A DNA stretch of 64,000 nt from an uncultured bacterium (GTDB lineage: Bacteria; Patescibacteriota; Minisyncoccia; Phycocordibacterales; CAIZLB01): contig CAIPFZ010000018.1 of assembly GCA_903864515.1 (NCBI GenBank), positions 17,290 through 81,289 of the forward strand. The letters run 5' to 3'. Within the stretch, counting starts at the first letter, position 1. Each line of letters starts with the position of its first letter. Below are positions 10,282 through 19,844 of the stretch, one piece after another. Below the pieces are notes generated by a model. The model saw nothing but the letters and a program-made list of their open reading frames with translations. It searched no databases and had not been told where the DNA came from. The translations under genes were made by a program, and so were the position numbers.

Positions 10282-11760
10282 ATGTCTAAAACAAAACTCA
10301 CAATATTAATATTAATAATACTAAGTATAGGTCTTGGTGTTCTGTCTGGTATATATTTCTATACAAAGAAAACAACAGAAAATATACCAGTCACTCCAAG
10401 CGACAGAACTATCTTTGGTGGTGTTGGGGGAGTTAGAACAGACCTACCAGCAGATAACACAAATAATACCAGCGATTCAGGAGGTGACATAATTGACAGA
10501 CCAACCTCAACAACAACACCTAAGGCAGATCTATTACGAATGATTTCTGCAGGACCAATATCGGGAGCTGATTTTGTAATAAGAGATATTATAGCTTCAA
10601 GCACACCATCAGTCTTTACAGGAACAACTACAACCTCTACTTCTTCAACTTCAAAATTAACTTCTACCAAGAAAGCTAAAACTGTTGTTATTAAACCTAA
10701 AATATTAGGTCAGGAAGAAAAAATCAGATACATAGAAAGAGGAACAGGAAAAATATATGAGACTGCCTCTTCAACTAGCAAATCAGAAAGAATAACAAAC
10801 TCCACCTATACAAGGATAAACGAGTCTTTCTTTGATAAAAAAGGTGACAACATACTACTCAGGGGATTATTGGGTAATTCAGATGTTATTCAAACCAGAC
10901 TTGGAACAGCATTCCTGGAAACAGCTACTTCAACAACTCAATCTCTTAAAACAAAAGAGCTTCCTTATAATTTATTATCAGTAGCAATGTCTCCAGAGAG
11001 AGATTATTTTGCATATTATATTGAACAAAAAGGTGTTGGGTCTTCCATTAACATAAGCAGACTTGATGGAACAGGAATATTTAATGTTTATAAATCACCA
11101 TTCAGGGAATGGCTGTTATCTTATCCAAATAAGGACACCCTGGTCTTAAATACAAAACCATCAACATACTCAGAAGGCTTTGCATACTCTATAAATATTA
11201 AAAACAAGGCTTTCAAAAGAATAACCGGTGGTCAAAAAGGTCTAACAACCCTAGTTTCACCAGACGGATTAAACGTTTTAGTTGGAGAAAGTATAGATGG
11301 ATCCATGAAACTTAGTATTTTGAACCTAAAAACACAATCTAGTAAGGATATTTATATAAGAACTCTACCTGAGAAGTGTGTATGGTCTCTTTTGGAGAAA
11401 AATACTCTGTTTTGTTCAGCCAGTGAATCAATTGTTTACGCACCATATCCAGACGCTTGGTATCAAGGTCTAGTTTTCTTTAATGATAATATTTGGAAAA
11501 TAAATACAGAAACATCTGAAAATAAGCTTCTTTATGTGGTTAAAGACTCAGTAAAAGATGGAATAGATGTAATTAATCCAAAACTAAGTAAAAATGAGGA
11601 TTACTTTATGTTCACAAATAAGAAAGATTTAAGTCTTTGGGGATTACAGATAGAAAAACCTCAAAAGCAGATGTCAACTTCTACAAAATCAACCAAAACA
11701 ACAATAATTAAGAATAGTACCAGCACAAAATCCACCTCAACAGCAACCTCAACCATCTAA
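10282..11760 (+). CDS. membrane-anchored S/T-rich hypothetical protein
   Basis: N-terminal TM anchor (LTILILIILSIGLGVLSGIYFY), S/T-rich linker, possible beta-rich C-terminal domain, S/T-rich tail. Confidence 0.45.
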   Translation: MSKTKLTILILIILSIGLGVLSGIYFYTKKTTENIPVTPSDRTIFGGVGGVRTDLPADNTNNTSDSGGDIIDRPTSTTTPKADLLRMISAGPISGADFVIRDIIASSTPSVFTGTTTTSTSSTSKLTSTKKAKTVVIKPKILGQEEKIRYIERGTGKIYETASSTSKSERITNSTYTRINESFFDKKGDNILLRGLLGNSDVIQTRLGTAFLETATSTTQSLKTKELPYNLLSVAMSPERDYFAYYIEQKGVGSSINISRLDGTGIFNVYKSPFREWLLSYPNKDTLVLNTKPSTYSEGFAYSINIKNKAFKRITGGQKGLTTLVSPDGLNVLVGESIDGSMKLSILNLKTQSSKDIYIRTLPEKCVWSLLEKNTLFCSASESIVYAPYPDAWYQGLVFFNDNIWKINTETSENKLLYVVKDSVKDGIDVINPKLSKNEDYFMFTNKKDLSLWGLQIEKPQKQMSTSTKSTKTTIIKNSTSTKSTSTATSTI

Positions 11761-11778
11761 TTAATAAGAATAAGGCAT

Positions 11779-11807
11779 AAAAAAACACACAATTGTGTGT
11801 TTTTTTA
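11779..11807. terminator. bidirectional intrinsic terminator (perfect palindrome with A/T flanks)
   Basis: The sequence aaaaaaacacacaattgtgtgttttttt lies between the convergent T4SS gene (+) and yidC (-). Confidence 0.55.
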
Positions 11808-11829
11808 TTGTATTAATAGTTATTATAGA

Positions 11830-12567
11830 CTATACACCCTTCTCTTCTAAATCTTTCTTAACTGTCTTTCTAAAATATACCTCTTGAGCAATTGCAAATA
11901 TGTTTGAAGTAATCCAGTACAGTGAGATAGCTGATGTTAAACTAAATGAGATAAGAAAAACTATTGCTGGCATTGTATATCTCATCTGAACATTCATACT
12001 CTTAGCAAATTCCTCTTGTTTTCCCATCTTACCTGTAGGTTTATATGCCGGAACAGAATATCTAATTTGTATAAATTGAGTTATACCAACAACCAGACTC
12101 AACCAGAAGTTCTTTTTTGTTATATCCAAAAAGCCTAAAAAGAAAGTGTTTACCGTTTGAGGGTTTGGAATAAAGCTATATAAAATATCAGCATTTATAT
12201 TAGGTAATCCAGATGTATAAAAGATACTAGCCAAAGATAAAATGATTGGTAGTTGAATTAACAACAAAACAATACCAGAAAAAGGGTTCAGTTTGTTTAC
12301 CTTATAAAATTCAAACATCTTTCTCGCTTGCTCCTCTCTATTGTTAGCATATTGTTCCTTTATTTTATTCAATTCAGGCTCAAGTGCCTTCATCTTTAAT
12401 TGAGTAACAACTGAACTCTTTGACAGGGGAATTAAAACAAACTTAACAATACAAGTAAAAACTATTACAGCCACTCCCAAATCAGCTCCTGGAGTGTGGT
12501 TTATTATATAAACCAAGCCATTATATAGGGGGTTGTAAAATGTTACACTAAAAAAATTTGATATCAT
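11830..12567 (-). CDS. yidC: YidC/Oxa1-family membrane protein insertase (short form)
   Basis: Characteristic YidC core with five TM helices and a conserved charged loop (KMKALEPELNKIKEQY). Sits in the canonical rpmH-rnpA-yidC order. Confidence 0.85.
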   Translation of the reverse strand: MISNFFSVTFYNPLYNGLVYIINHTPGADLGVAVIVFTCIVKFVLIPLSKSSVVTQLKMKALEPELNKIKEQYANNREEQARKMFEFYKVNKLNPFSGIVLLLIQLPIILSLASIFYTSGLPNINADILYSFIPNPQTVNTFFLGFLDITKKNFWLSLVVGITQFIQIRYSVPAYKPTGKMGKQEEFAKSMNVQMRYTMPAIVFLISFSLTSAISLYWITSNIFAIAQEVYFRKTVKKDLEEKGV

Positions 12568-12941
12568 TATCTTATTATATAATCTTTTAATAAAATTTGC
12601 TTCATATCATAAACAATATCTGAAAAGTCAGCTTTTATTGAACTTAACTTTGATAAAACCACAAAACAGGGTATTGAAACCTTTAAATCCTCTTTTTCAA
12701 GACTATTTATTGCCTCTAAAAATGCTTCTTTTAGCCTCCTTTTTGATCTATTTCTATCAACAGCCTTGATGAAGACCTTTTTCGATGAAATAAAAGACCC
12801 TCCAATTAACAAAGGGTTATTTTGACCTGTTTTTTCAGGTTTTTCTTCCATTGTTTTTAAAAGAAAAAAGCCTGAATTATAGGCTTTACCTTTTTTCATT
12901 ATAGAAGCAATTTGTAGGGAAGAGAGGCTTTTAATGGTCAT
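12567..12941 (-). CDS. rnpA: ribonuclease P protein component
   Basis: RNR-type motif KAVDRNRSKRRLKEAF. Lies between rpmH and yidC. Start is likely MTIKSL (12941) rather than the track start 12977. Confidence 0.75.
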   Translation of the reverse strand: MTIKSLSSLQIASIMKKGKAYNSGFFLLKTMEEKPEKTGQNNPLLIGGSFISSKKVFIKAVDRNRSKRRLKEAFLEAINSLEKEDLKVSIPCFVVLSKLSSIKADFSDIVYDMKQILLKDYIIR

Positions 12942-12985
12942 AAATGGCTTTATTCTAGGCGTTTTACACCAAATCAAGCAAATAA

Positions 12986-13120
12986 CTATACAGACAACTT
13001 CTTCCTTCCTTTTGCGCGACGAGCAGCTAAAACACGACGTCCACCGTGAGTGGCAGTTCTAACAAGAAAACCGTGTGTTTTTGCTCTCTTTCTTTTGTTT
13101 GGTTGATATGTTTGCGACAT
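12986..13120 (-). CDS. rpmH: 50S ribosomal protein L34
   Basis: Not on the ORF track (44 aa). The reverse strand translates to [44 protein letters not shown], a classic L34. Divergent from dnaA. Confidence 0.85.
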   Translation of the reverse strand: MSQTYQPNKRKRAKTHGFLVRTATHGGRRVLAARRAKGRKKLSV

Positions 13121-13220
13121 AACAAGGATATTACATCATTTTTGTTTTTTTGTAAACTCACCCGGGTGTTGTTTTTATTGAATCAAAAATCAAAATACAC
13201 TTTTAAAAATTGTAAATAAG

Positions 13221-13229
13221 TTATCCACA
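13221..13229 (+). promoter_or_regulatory. consensus DnaA box TTATCCACA upstream of dnaA
   Basis: Perfect 9-mer. The extended 13-mer TATCCACAGGTAT recurs at about 14949 between dnaA and dnaN. Confidence 0.6.
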
Positions 13230-13298
13230 GGTATCAACATACTTTTGGTTTTTCTTCAAGTTTCTTTTAAAAAAGCAGAGGGTATAATATTCATCAAT

Positions 13299-14633
13299 AT
13301 GGAGATAAAAAAACTATGGGATGGAGTTTTAGCACAAATGGAAATTGAGGTTTCAAGAGCTAATTTTTCAACATGGTTTAAGGATACATATATAAACAAG
13401 ATAGATAATGGAATAGTTTATCTAGCTGTTCCAAATACTTTTGCAAAAGAGTGGCTTTCTCAAAGATATCATAAAAAAATTCTAGAAATATTGAGAATGG
13501 AAGATGAAAATATTAGATCAATAGAATATGTAATAGCTGCACAAAAGAAGAAAAGGGAAGATGGAGGAGATGATGAATCATCTATAGGTAAGGATCTACC
13601 ATTAAGTGGCTTATTTATTAATCCGGAGGACAATTTAAACCCAAGATACACGTTTGAAAACTTTGTTGTTGGGCAATTTAATGAATTAGCTCACGCAGCT
13701 GCACAAGCTATTATCAAAAAGCCTGTTGCTTATAACCCTCTTTTTTACTATGGAAATACAGGATTAGGAAAAACACACTTAATGCAGGCTATTGGAAATC
13801 ACATCAAAAATCACAACAAGGAAAGAAGGGTTTTTTATGTTACATCCGAAAAATTTACAACAGACTATATAACATCGCTTCAATCTGGAAAAATAAATAA
13901 TTTTAAGGATAAATACAGAAAGTATGATGTTTTAATAATAGATGATATACAATTTCTATCAAACAAAGAAAAGACTCAGGAAGAACTCTTTCACTTGTTT
14001 AATCACTTGTATGACAACAATAAACAAATCATCTTTTCATCAGATGTTCACGTTAATTACCTGCCAAATATAGAAGATCGTTTAAAATCAAGGTTTATGG
14101 CTGGTATGATAATCGATATATCACCAGCAGATACGGAATCTAGAATGGCCATACTTAAAACAAAGGCTAGAATTAACAATTTTTCATTATCTAATGAAAT
14201 ATCCGCTTGTTTAGCAACCTCTGTTGGTGGAAGTATAAGAGAATTGGAAGGAATACTTAACACTGTAATATGCCAATCTCAATTAAAAGGAAGGGACTTA
14301 ACCCTATCTGAGGTTAAGCAACTTACAAAGAATTCCGGTAGACCGCATAAGAATGTATCAGTGAGGGACGTAGTTAGAGCTGTATCATCCTTCTATAATA
14401 TTGAGGAAGATGCTATATATAACAAAACAAGGCGCCAAGAGGTGGTTAAACCAAGGCAATTAACCATGTATATATTAAGAGAGTTCTACAACATTTCTCT
14501 ACCTTCAATTGGTCAAAAACTTGGGGGAAGAGATCACACAACGGTGATTCACTCATGTGAGAAGATTAAGAATGAACTCAAATTAAACTCAGAATTACAA
14601 TCTGAAATAAATCAGATTAAGGCGATGATTTAG
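13299..14633 (+). CDS. dnaA: chromosomal replication initiator DnaA
   Basis: AAA+ Walker A GNTGLGKTHL, DnaA signature region, C-terminal DNA-binding domain (LTMYILREF...IGQKLGGRDHTTVIHSCEKI). Start is likely MEIKKLW at 13299. Confidence 0.9.
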   Translation: MEIKKLWDGVLAQMEIEVSRANFSTWFKDTYINKIDNGIVYLAVPNTFAKEWLSQRYHKKILEILRMEDENIRSIEYVIAAQKKKREDGGDDESSIGKDLPLSGLFINPEDNLNPRYTFENFVVGQFNELAHAAAQAIIKKPVAYNPLFYYGNTGLGKTHLMQAIGNHIKNHNKERRVFYVTSEKFTTDYITSLQSGKINNFKDKYRKYDVLIIDDIQFLSNKEKTQEELFHLFNHLYDNNKQIIFSSDVHVNYLPNIEDRLKSRFMAGMIIDISPADTESRMAILKTKARINNFSLSNEISACLATSVGGSIRELEGILNTVICQSQLKGRDLTLSEVKQLTKNSGRPHKNVSVRDVVRAVSSFYNIEEDAIYNKTRRQEVVKPRQLTMYILREFYNISLPSIGQKLGGRDHTTVIHSCEKIKNELKLNSELQSEINQIKAMI

Positions 14634-15006
14634 TCATAAATCGGAAAACAGTCATCATACAAACTTAAGATAGGTGATTAACAAGAAAGGGGAGTGATAT
14701 AGAATATCACCTCTTTTTTTGTTTATACATATAAATAACTGTGCATAAGTATGTGTATAAGCTGTTGGTATTAATGTATTACAATGTTCAAAAGCTGTTG
14801 GTACCTGTGTATACCATGTTAACTATATGTATACTTATCAACATCACCCTAAAAGACATTATTTAAGCCACCGTTCAAAACACTGTCTCTTAGTTTGTCT
14901 TTTATAAAAAAAGAGGTAAATTAATAGTTATATCTAAAGATACACATATCCACAGGTATAGTAGTAATAAGCTTTTTTATTAATAAAGATATATAATTAA
15001 TACATT
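14634..15006. other. candidate oriC (dnaA-dnaN intergenic)
   Basis: Terminator-like hairpin after dnaA (about 14689-14721). Near-consensus DnaA boxes: rc TTATGCACA and rc TTATACACA around 14741-14755, and ATATCCACAGGTAT at about 14948-14961. Direct repeat agctgttggta twice. AT-rich tract next to the dnaN start. Confidence 0.5.
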
Positions 15007-16107
15007 ATGAAAATTGAATGCATCAGAGAAAGACTAGCAGAGGCTGTTACAAAAGCTGAGAAGATAACAAGTAAGAACACTTCACTACCTATACTTAGTT
15101 GTATTCTCTTAAGAGCTTCTGAAAATACATTATTTATAAATTCAACAAACTTAGATATTGGAATTGAAATTAAGATACCAGCAAAAGTTGAGGCTGATGG
15201 TTCGGTTGCTATACCAGGATCTATTCTAAACTCCTTTCTAAATAGTATTCCATCTGAGAAAACTGTAACTCTAGACTTGAGGGATGGTAATCTTTTGGTT
15301 TCAACTCCAAAGACGAATACCATCATTAAGATATACCCCAATGATGATTATCCAATAATACCAAAGGTTGATATGCAAAAATGTATCGAAATACCCGCAG
15401 AAAGCCTTATAAGCGGTATTAAGTCTGTTTGGTATAGTTCTGCCACATCAAGCATTAAACCAGAGCTCTCAAGTGTTTGTGTGACTCCTGATGACGGTAC
15501 TATTGTCTTCGTTGCAACTGATGGACTGAGGTTGGCAGAGAAAACTATAAAAATTAAAAATACACTGGATTTTTCTCAAGTTCTAATTCCAGTTAAGAAT
15601 GCTGTTGAAATAATTAGATTTTTTGAAGGTATTAACGAGAGTTTAAGTGTTGTTATTGAACAGAATCAAATAGCTGTATCTTATAATGATAATTATTTGG
15701 TCTCCAGAATTGTTGAAGGTAATTTTCCTAATTATAAAGCTATTATTCCAAAGGAGTTTGTTTCAGAGATTACCATTCTTAAACAGGATTTATTGAATTG
15801 TTTTAAAACAAGTTCTATTTTTAGTGATGCCTTTAATCACACTAAGTTTGTAATACACCCTGAGGAAAAGAATATTGAAGTTATTACAAAGAATAATAAC
15901 GTTGGAGAGAGTACTACTACAATACAGGGGGTTATAAGTGGAGAATCCTTGAGTATTAACTTCAATTATAAATATATAATGGATGCTTTGGTGTCAGTCA
16001 GCTCAGATAGTCTAACTCTCTCATTTAGTGGTGTTAATAAGCCTATGATAATGAAAGCTCAGGGAGAAGATAGTTTTCTCTACCTGCTGATGCCTATGAA
16101 TAAATAA
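15007..16107 (+). CDS. dnaN: DNA polymerase III beta sliding clamp
   Basis: Typical DnaN N-terminus (MKIECIRERLAEAVTKAEKITSKNTSLPILSCILL). Three-domain length and position after dnaA. Confidence 0.9.
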   Translation: MKIECIRERLAEAVTKAEKITSKNTSLPILSCILLRASENTLFINSTNLDIGIEIKIPAKVEADGSVAIPGSILNSFLNSIPSEKTVTLDLRDGNLLVSTPKTNTIIKIYPNDDYPIIPKVDMQKCIEIPAESLISGIKSVWYSSATSSIKPELSSVCVTPDDGTIVFVATDGLRLAEKTIKIKNTLDFSQVLIPVKNAVEIIRFFEGINESLSVVIEQNQIAVSYNDNYLVSRIVEGNFPNYKAIIPKEFVSEITILKQDLLNCFKTSSIFSDAFNHTKFVIHPEEKNIEVITKNNNVGESTTTIQGVISGESLSINFNYKYIMDALVSVSSDSLTLSFSGVNKPMIMKAQGEDSFLYLLMPMNK

Positions 16108-16108
16108 T

Positions 16109-16366
16109 ATGATAAATATAGGAGATTTATTAGGTGCTTATTCAAAAATTAAGAATCCATTGGATGATAAGAGGGTAATTGTTGATATTATAGAGAAAAA
16201 TTTTAATTTAAAGATTGAGGAAAATCAGGTTTTTTTCAGGAAAAACTTACTTATATTAAAAGTTAATTCTGTTCAAAAGAATTATTTACACATAAGAAGG
16301 GATGTTTTACTTAAAGCTGTAAAAGAATCGGTTCCAGATAGGTTTATAAATAACATAAATTTCTAA
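16109..16366 (+). CDS. DUF721/DciA-like small protein
   Basis: 85 aa with the pattern LGDLL...VLILKVNSVQKNYLHIRRDVLLKAVKE, resembling DUF721 proteins often found next to dnaA/dnaN. Confidence 0.4.
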   Translation: MINIGDLLGAYSKIKNPLDDKRVIVDIIEKNFNLKIEENQVFFRKNLLILKVNSVQKNYLHIRRDVLLKAVKESVPDRFINNINF

Positions 16367-16371
16367 AGCAA

Positions 16372-16405
16372 AAAACCTCCAGTGTTGGTGCTGGAGGTTT
16401 TTTTA
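16372..16405. terminator. bidirectional intrinsic terminator
   Basis: Hairpin cctccagtgttggtgctggagg flanked by A and T runs, between the convergent DciA-like (+) and PBP1A (-) genes. Confidence 0.7.
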
Positions 16406-16425
16406 AAAGAAATTAAACTCTTATT

Positions 16426-18897
16426 TTATTGAATTGAATATACAGCTGTGGCCTCTCTTTGATTTCCATTTGAATCCCTCTCAACAGCCTTTAATTCATC
16501 CTCAAAATCACTAGATGGTGTTTCTGCTGGTGTATATGAAAAAGTAAAAGGTGATTCTATTGATTTACCTATTGAAACATCGTTTACATAATATTCAACA
16601 GAAACAGTATTACTTTTAAGACCAGAGACAATAATTGGTTGTTTTTGTTTTTTGTTTATTATTGAGAAGTTAGATGGCTGAGTAATTTTAAATTGGTTAT
16701 TGTTTTGACCAGATGAATCTATACCTCCAGATACTAGTGTACTTTGGATTAAACCAGCAGCTTGTGAGCCCTGAGACCAATTTAATACACCAAACTCCCA
16801 GTTTCTAAATTGATCATCTGATGATGATAAACCTGGTATTCTTCCAGCTGGATCTTTTTTATCAACCCAGTATAATTCTGAGTGGACCTCATTACCTGGC
16901 CCCATCCACGCTCCGGTTAAGAATGGCTTAATACCCTTCTCAGAAGACTCAGGTGCATCAAAGTTCTCTACAGGAATTCTTGTTAATTGAAATTCCATTA
17001 GACTTTTCCAAAGTGGACCTACAATTCTTGCTGATGACTGTTGCACCATGGGTGTATTGTCATTATTTCCCATCCATGCGCCAATTACAATACTTGGAGT
17101 GTACCCTATCTCCCAAGCATCTCTAGAGTTGTTGGTTGTACCAGTTTTTAATGCCACAGCTCTTTCTCCAAAGGTGCTCGGTGCAAAGATTGAGGATCTT
17201 GCCTTTTTATCGGACAAAACATCATTAATTAGCTTTGCAGATTGTTCCGTTATAACTTGTTTTGATGAAACTTTCTCAGGGGCTTGTTCTAATATTTGCC
17301 CCTTATCGGTCTCAATTTTAAGTACAGAAATTAATGGAACCTTTTGTCCGTTGTTTGCAAACACACCATAAGCAGATGTCATATCCAGTGGTGAAACTTC
17401 ACCACCTCCAAGTACAAGTGTTAATCCGTATTGAGAAGCTGGGCCTAAATCATTAACACCCATGGCTGTTGCAGTTTTAATAGTGTCTTCAACGCCAGCT
17501 AAATAAAGAACCTTAACAGAGGGAATGTTTCTTGATTGAGCAAGTGCTGATCTGAAGTTCATTAAACCCTTAAAACCACCCTCGTAGTTTTGTGGTGTAT
17601 AACAACCTGGTTTTTCCTTATCTTTTTCATTTGTAAGTGGTGCACAATTTACATTAAACTCAGTCTGTACATCAAATAATGGTGTATCTGGTGTATAACC
17701 CTTCATAAAGGCTGTTGCGTAAGCAAAAGGCTTGAATGATGAACCTGGCTGTCTATGTGCTGTTGTAACATTAAAATTACCCTCATTCTCTTTGTCAAAA
17801 TAATCCTTAGAACCAACCATCATTAATATTTGACCTGTTCTTGGATCAACGGCCACAGAAGCTGCATTCTTTGCTTTGAATGCTGGACCATTTTTTGTTA
17901 CGTAATTATAAATTAAATCTTCAGACTTTTGTTGTAATTCATAATCAAGTGTTGTAATTATTTTTAGACCACCCTTTGCTAGTGTCTCTTCCCCATATTT
18001 TTCTAGTAAATAATCTTTAACATACATAACAAAATGAGGGGCTTTTATTCCAGCCATTGATTTTGGTTGAAATACAACCTTCTCTGCAATCGCTGTATTG
18101 TATTCTTCTTGCGTAATCATTTTTGCACCCAATGCTTTGTCTAGGACTAATTTCTTTCTTGCCTCTAATTTTGTTTTATTTTTTCCGTATGGAGAAAGAA
18201 CCGATGGTGATTGGGGTAGGGCAGCCAAATACGCTGATTCTGCAAGTGTTAACTCTGAAGACTTCTTGTTAAAGAAGAGGGAGCTAGCTTCTTCAATACC
18301 ATAAATGTTTCCTCCATAAGGAGCCTCATTTAGATACATGTTTAGAATAGTATCCTTGGAAGCAGTTCTTTCAAGTTTGATAGCAAGAATCCATTCCTTA
18401 ATTTTTCTAGTTATGTTTTTGTCTTGAGAAAGAAGTGAATTTTTAACAACTTGTTGTGTTATTGTTGATCCACCCTGACTAAACTTTAATGTAAAAATAT
18501 TAGCAAAAATAGCTCTTATAATTGAAGATACTTTAATTCCGCCATGATTGTAAAAATCAACATCTTCAATGGCTATAGTTGTTTTTTTAGCATAAGGAGA
18601 TATTTGATCAAATGGAGTTACGGTTCTTCTAACTTTTTCACTCAAATCATAAAGCATTATGTTACCTGTTCTGTCATAAATCTTTGCAGATTGTCCAAGT
18701 AGTCTATCGTCAAAAGATGATAAATCCGGTGTTTTTATAGTTGAAGCCCAAATTAAAAATATACCCACTAATATAACAGAGACAATTATTGATATGAGTA
18801 GCGCATTCTTTAGTATTAATTTTAAGCGCTTTTTGTTGTGTTTTGTTAACATTTTGTTTATTTGTTGATTTTGTTTATTGTACAACAAAAAACACAC
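16426..18897 (-). CDS. class A penicillin-binding protein (glycosyltransferase + transpeptidase)
   Basis: GT51 motifs (EDVDFYNHGG, QGGSTITQQ). Transpeptidase SxxK (SSFKPF) and KTGTT. N-terminal membrane anchor. Confidence 0.85.
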   Translation of the reverse strand: MCFLLYNKQNQQINKMLTKHNKKRLKLILKNALLISIIVSVILVGIFLIWASTIKTPDLSSFDDRLLGQSAKIYDRTGNIMLYDLSEKVRRTVTPFDQISPYAKKTTIAIEDVDFYNHGGIKVSSIIRAIFANIFTLKFSQGGSTITQQVVKNSLLSQDKNITRKIKEWILAIKLERTASKDTILNMYLNEAPYGGNIYGIEEASSLFFNKKSSELTLAESAYLAALPQSPSVLSPYGKNKTKLEARKKLVLDKALGAKMITQEEYNTAIAEKVVFQPKSMAGIKAPHFVMYVKDYLLEKYGEETLAKGGLKIITTLDYELQQKSEDLIYNYVTKNGPAFKAKNAASVAVDPRTGQILMMVGSKDYFDKENEGNFNVTTAHRQPGSSFKPFAYATAFMKGYTPDTPLFDVQTEFNVNCAPLTNEKDKEKPGCYTPQNYEGGFKGLMNFRSALAQSRNIPSVKVLYLAGVEDTIKTATAMGVNDLGPASQYGLTLVLGGGEVSPLDMTSAYGVFANNGQKVPLISVLKIETDKGQILEQAPEKVSSKQVITEQSAKLINDVLSDKKARSSIFAPSTFGERAVALKTGTTNNSRDAWEIGYTPSIVIGAWMGNNDNTPMVQQSSARIVGPLWKSLMEFQLTRIPVENFDAPESSEKGIKPFLTGAWMGPGNEVHSELYWVDKKDPAGRIPGLSSSDDQFRNWEFGVLNWSQGSQAAGLIQSTLVSGGIDSSGQNNNQFKITQPSNFSIINKKQKQPIIVSGLKSNTVSVEYYVNDVSIGKSIESPFTFSYTPAETPSSDFEDELKAVERDSNGNQREATAVYSIQ

Positions 18898-18937
18898 TTT
18901 TTATAGTGTGTAATCTGTTATTTTTAGATATCTTTAA

Positions 18938-19237
18938 TTAAAACAAATCCTCATCAACCGCCTCCTCATCTTCTTCATCTTCGTCAACTGCTGGAGCAAT
19001 GAACTCACCATCTTCATTTAACTCACCAAATGAACCAAAACCAAAAGGATCCTCACCCTCTTTCTCTGGGTCTATGATACCGTCTTCATCTGATAGTTCC
19101 TCTACTTCATCAAGCGGTACATCCAGTGGATCAACGTCTCCATCTCCAATGTCCTTATCATCTAATTCAGCATCCTCTATTGAATCATCACTAGCATCAT
19201 CGGTTGTTGTATCGTCCAAATCTAATTCGTCTGGCAT
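18938..19237 (-). CDS. highly acidic (D/E-rich) small protein
   Basis: 99 aa, about half D/E. Same orientation as flanking ruvC and PBP genes, with a terminator-like hairpin downstream (about 18886-18910). The overlapping S-rich ORF on + is the complement-strand artefact. Confidence 0.35.
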   Translation of the reverse strand: MPDELDLDDTTTDDASDDSIEDAELDDKDIGDGDVDPLDVPLDEVEELSDEDGIIDPEKEGEDPFGFGSFGELNEDGEFIAPAVDEDEEDEEAVDEDLF

Positions 19238-19344
19238 GTTTTTGTTTTTGATTAATTATTAAAACTTATTTGATATATTTATCATATCAATAGAAATATG
19301 CAAGTAAAACTGTGGATATTTATTAAAAAAATAAAATTATTATT

Positions 19345-19818
19345 TTAATATCGCAACAGAGCACAGCAAGCTAGGCCACAAGCTATTGCATCATATTCAT
19401 CGTCCGTAGCTTTTTTATCTATCTTTAAAATCAATTGAACCATCTTTGTCATTTGTTGTTTATCACTTTTTCCGTCACCAGTAACTGCAAGTTTTATTTC
19501 CATTGGATTAATTTCCTTAATATTTAATTTACTCTTTTTTGCGATATAAATTATAGTGCCTCTAGTCTCAGCAACTCTCATTGCTGTTTTTGTATTTTTG
19601 CTAAAGAACAATGTTTCTATCGCTAATACAAAAGGTGAATATGTATTAATTAATTCTTCAACCTTATTTCCAATCTCCAATAATCTATCTTCAAAAGGTA
19701 TTTTTGCATCTGTTTTAAAACATTCAGAGTACAAAAGAGAATCTTTTTGTCCACGCTCCTTTTCAATTATTGCAATACCTAATCTTTCATATCCAGGGTC
19801 TATTGATAGTATTTTCAT
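19345..19818 (-). CDS. ruvC: Holliday junction resolvase RuvC
   Basis: The N-terminus MKILSIDPGYERLGIAIIE and RNase H-fold length are typical of RuvC. Adjacent to ruvB. Confidence 0.85.
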   Translation of the reverse strand: MKILSIDPGYERLGIAIIEKERGQKDSLLYSECFKTDAKIPFEDRLLEIGNKVEELINTYSPFVLAIETLFFSKNTKTAMRVAETRGTIIYIAKKSKLNIKEINPMEIKLAVTGDGKSDKQQMTKMVQLILKIDKKATDDEYDAIACGLACCALLRY

Positions 19819-19844
19819 TGTTAATAAATAATTATTTTTCCAAC

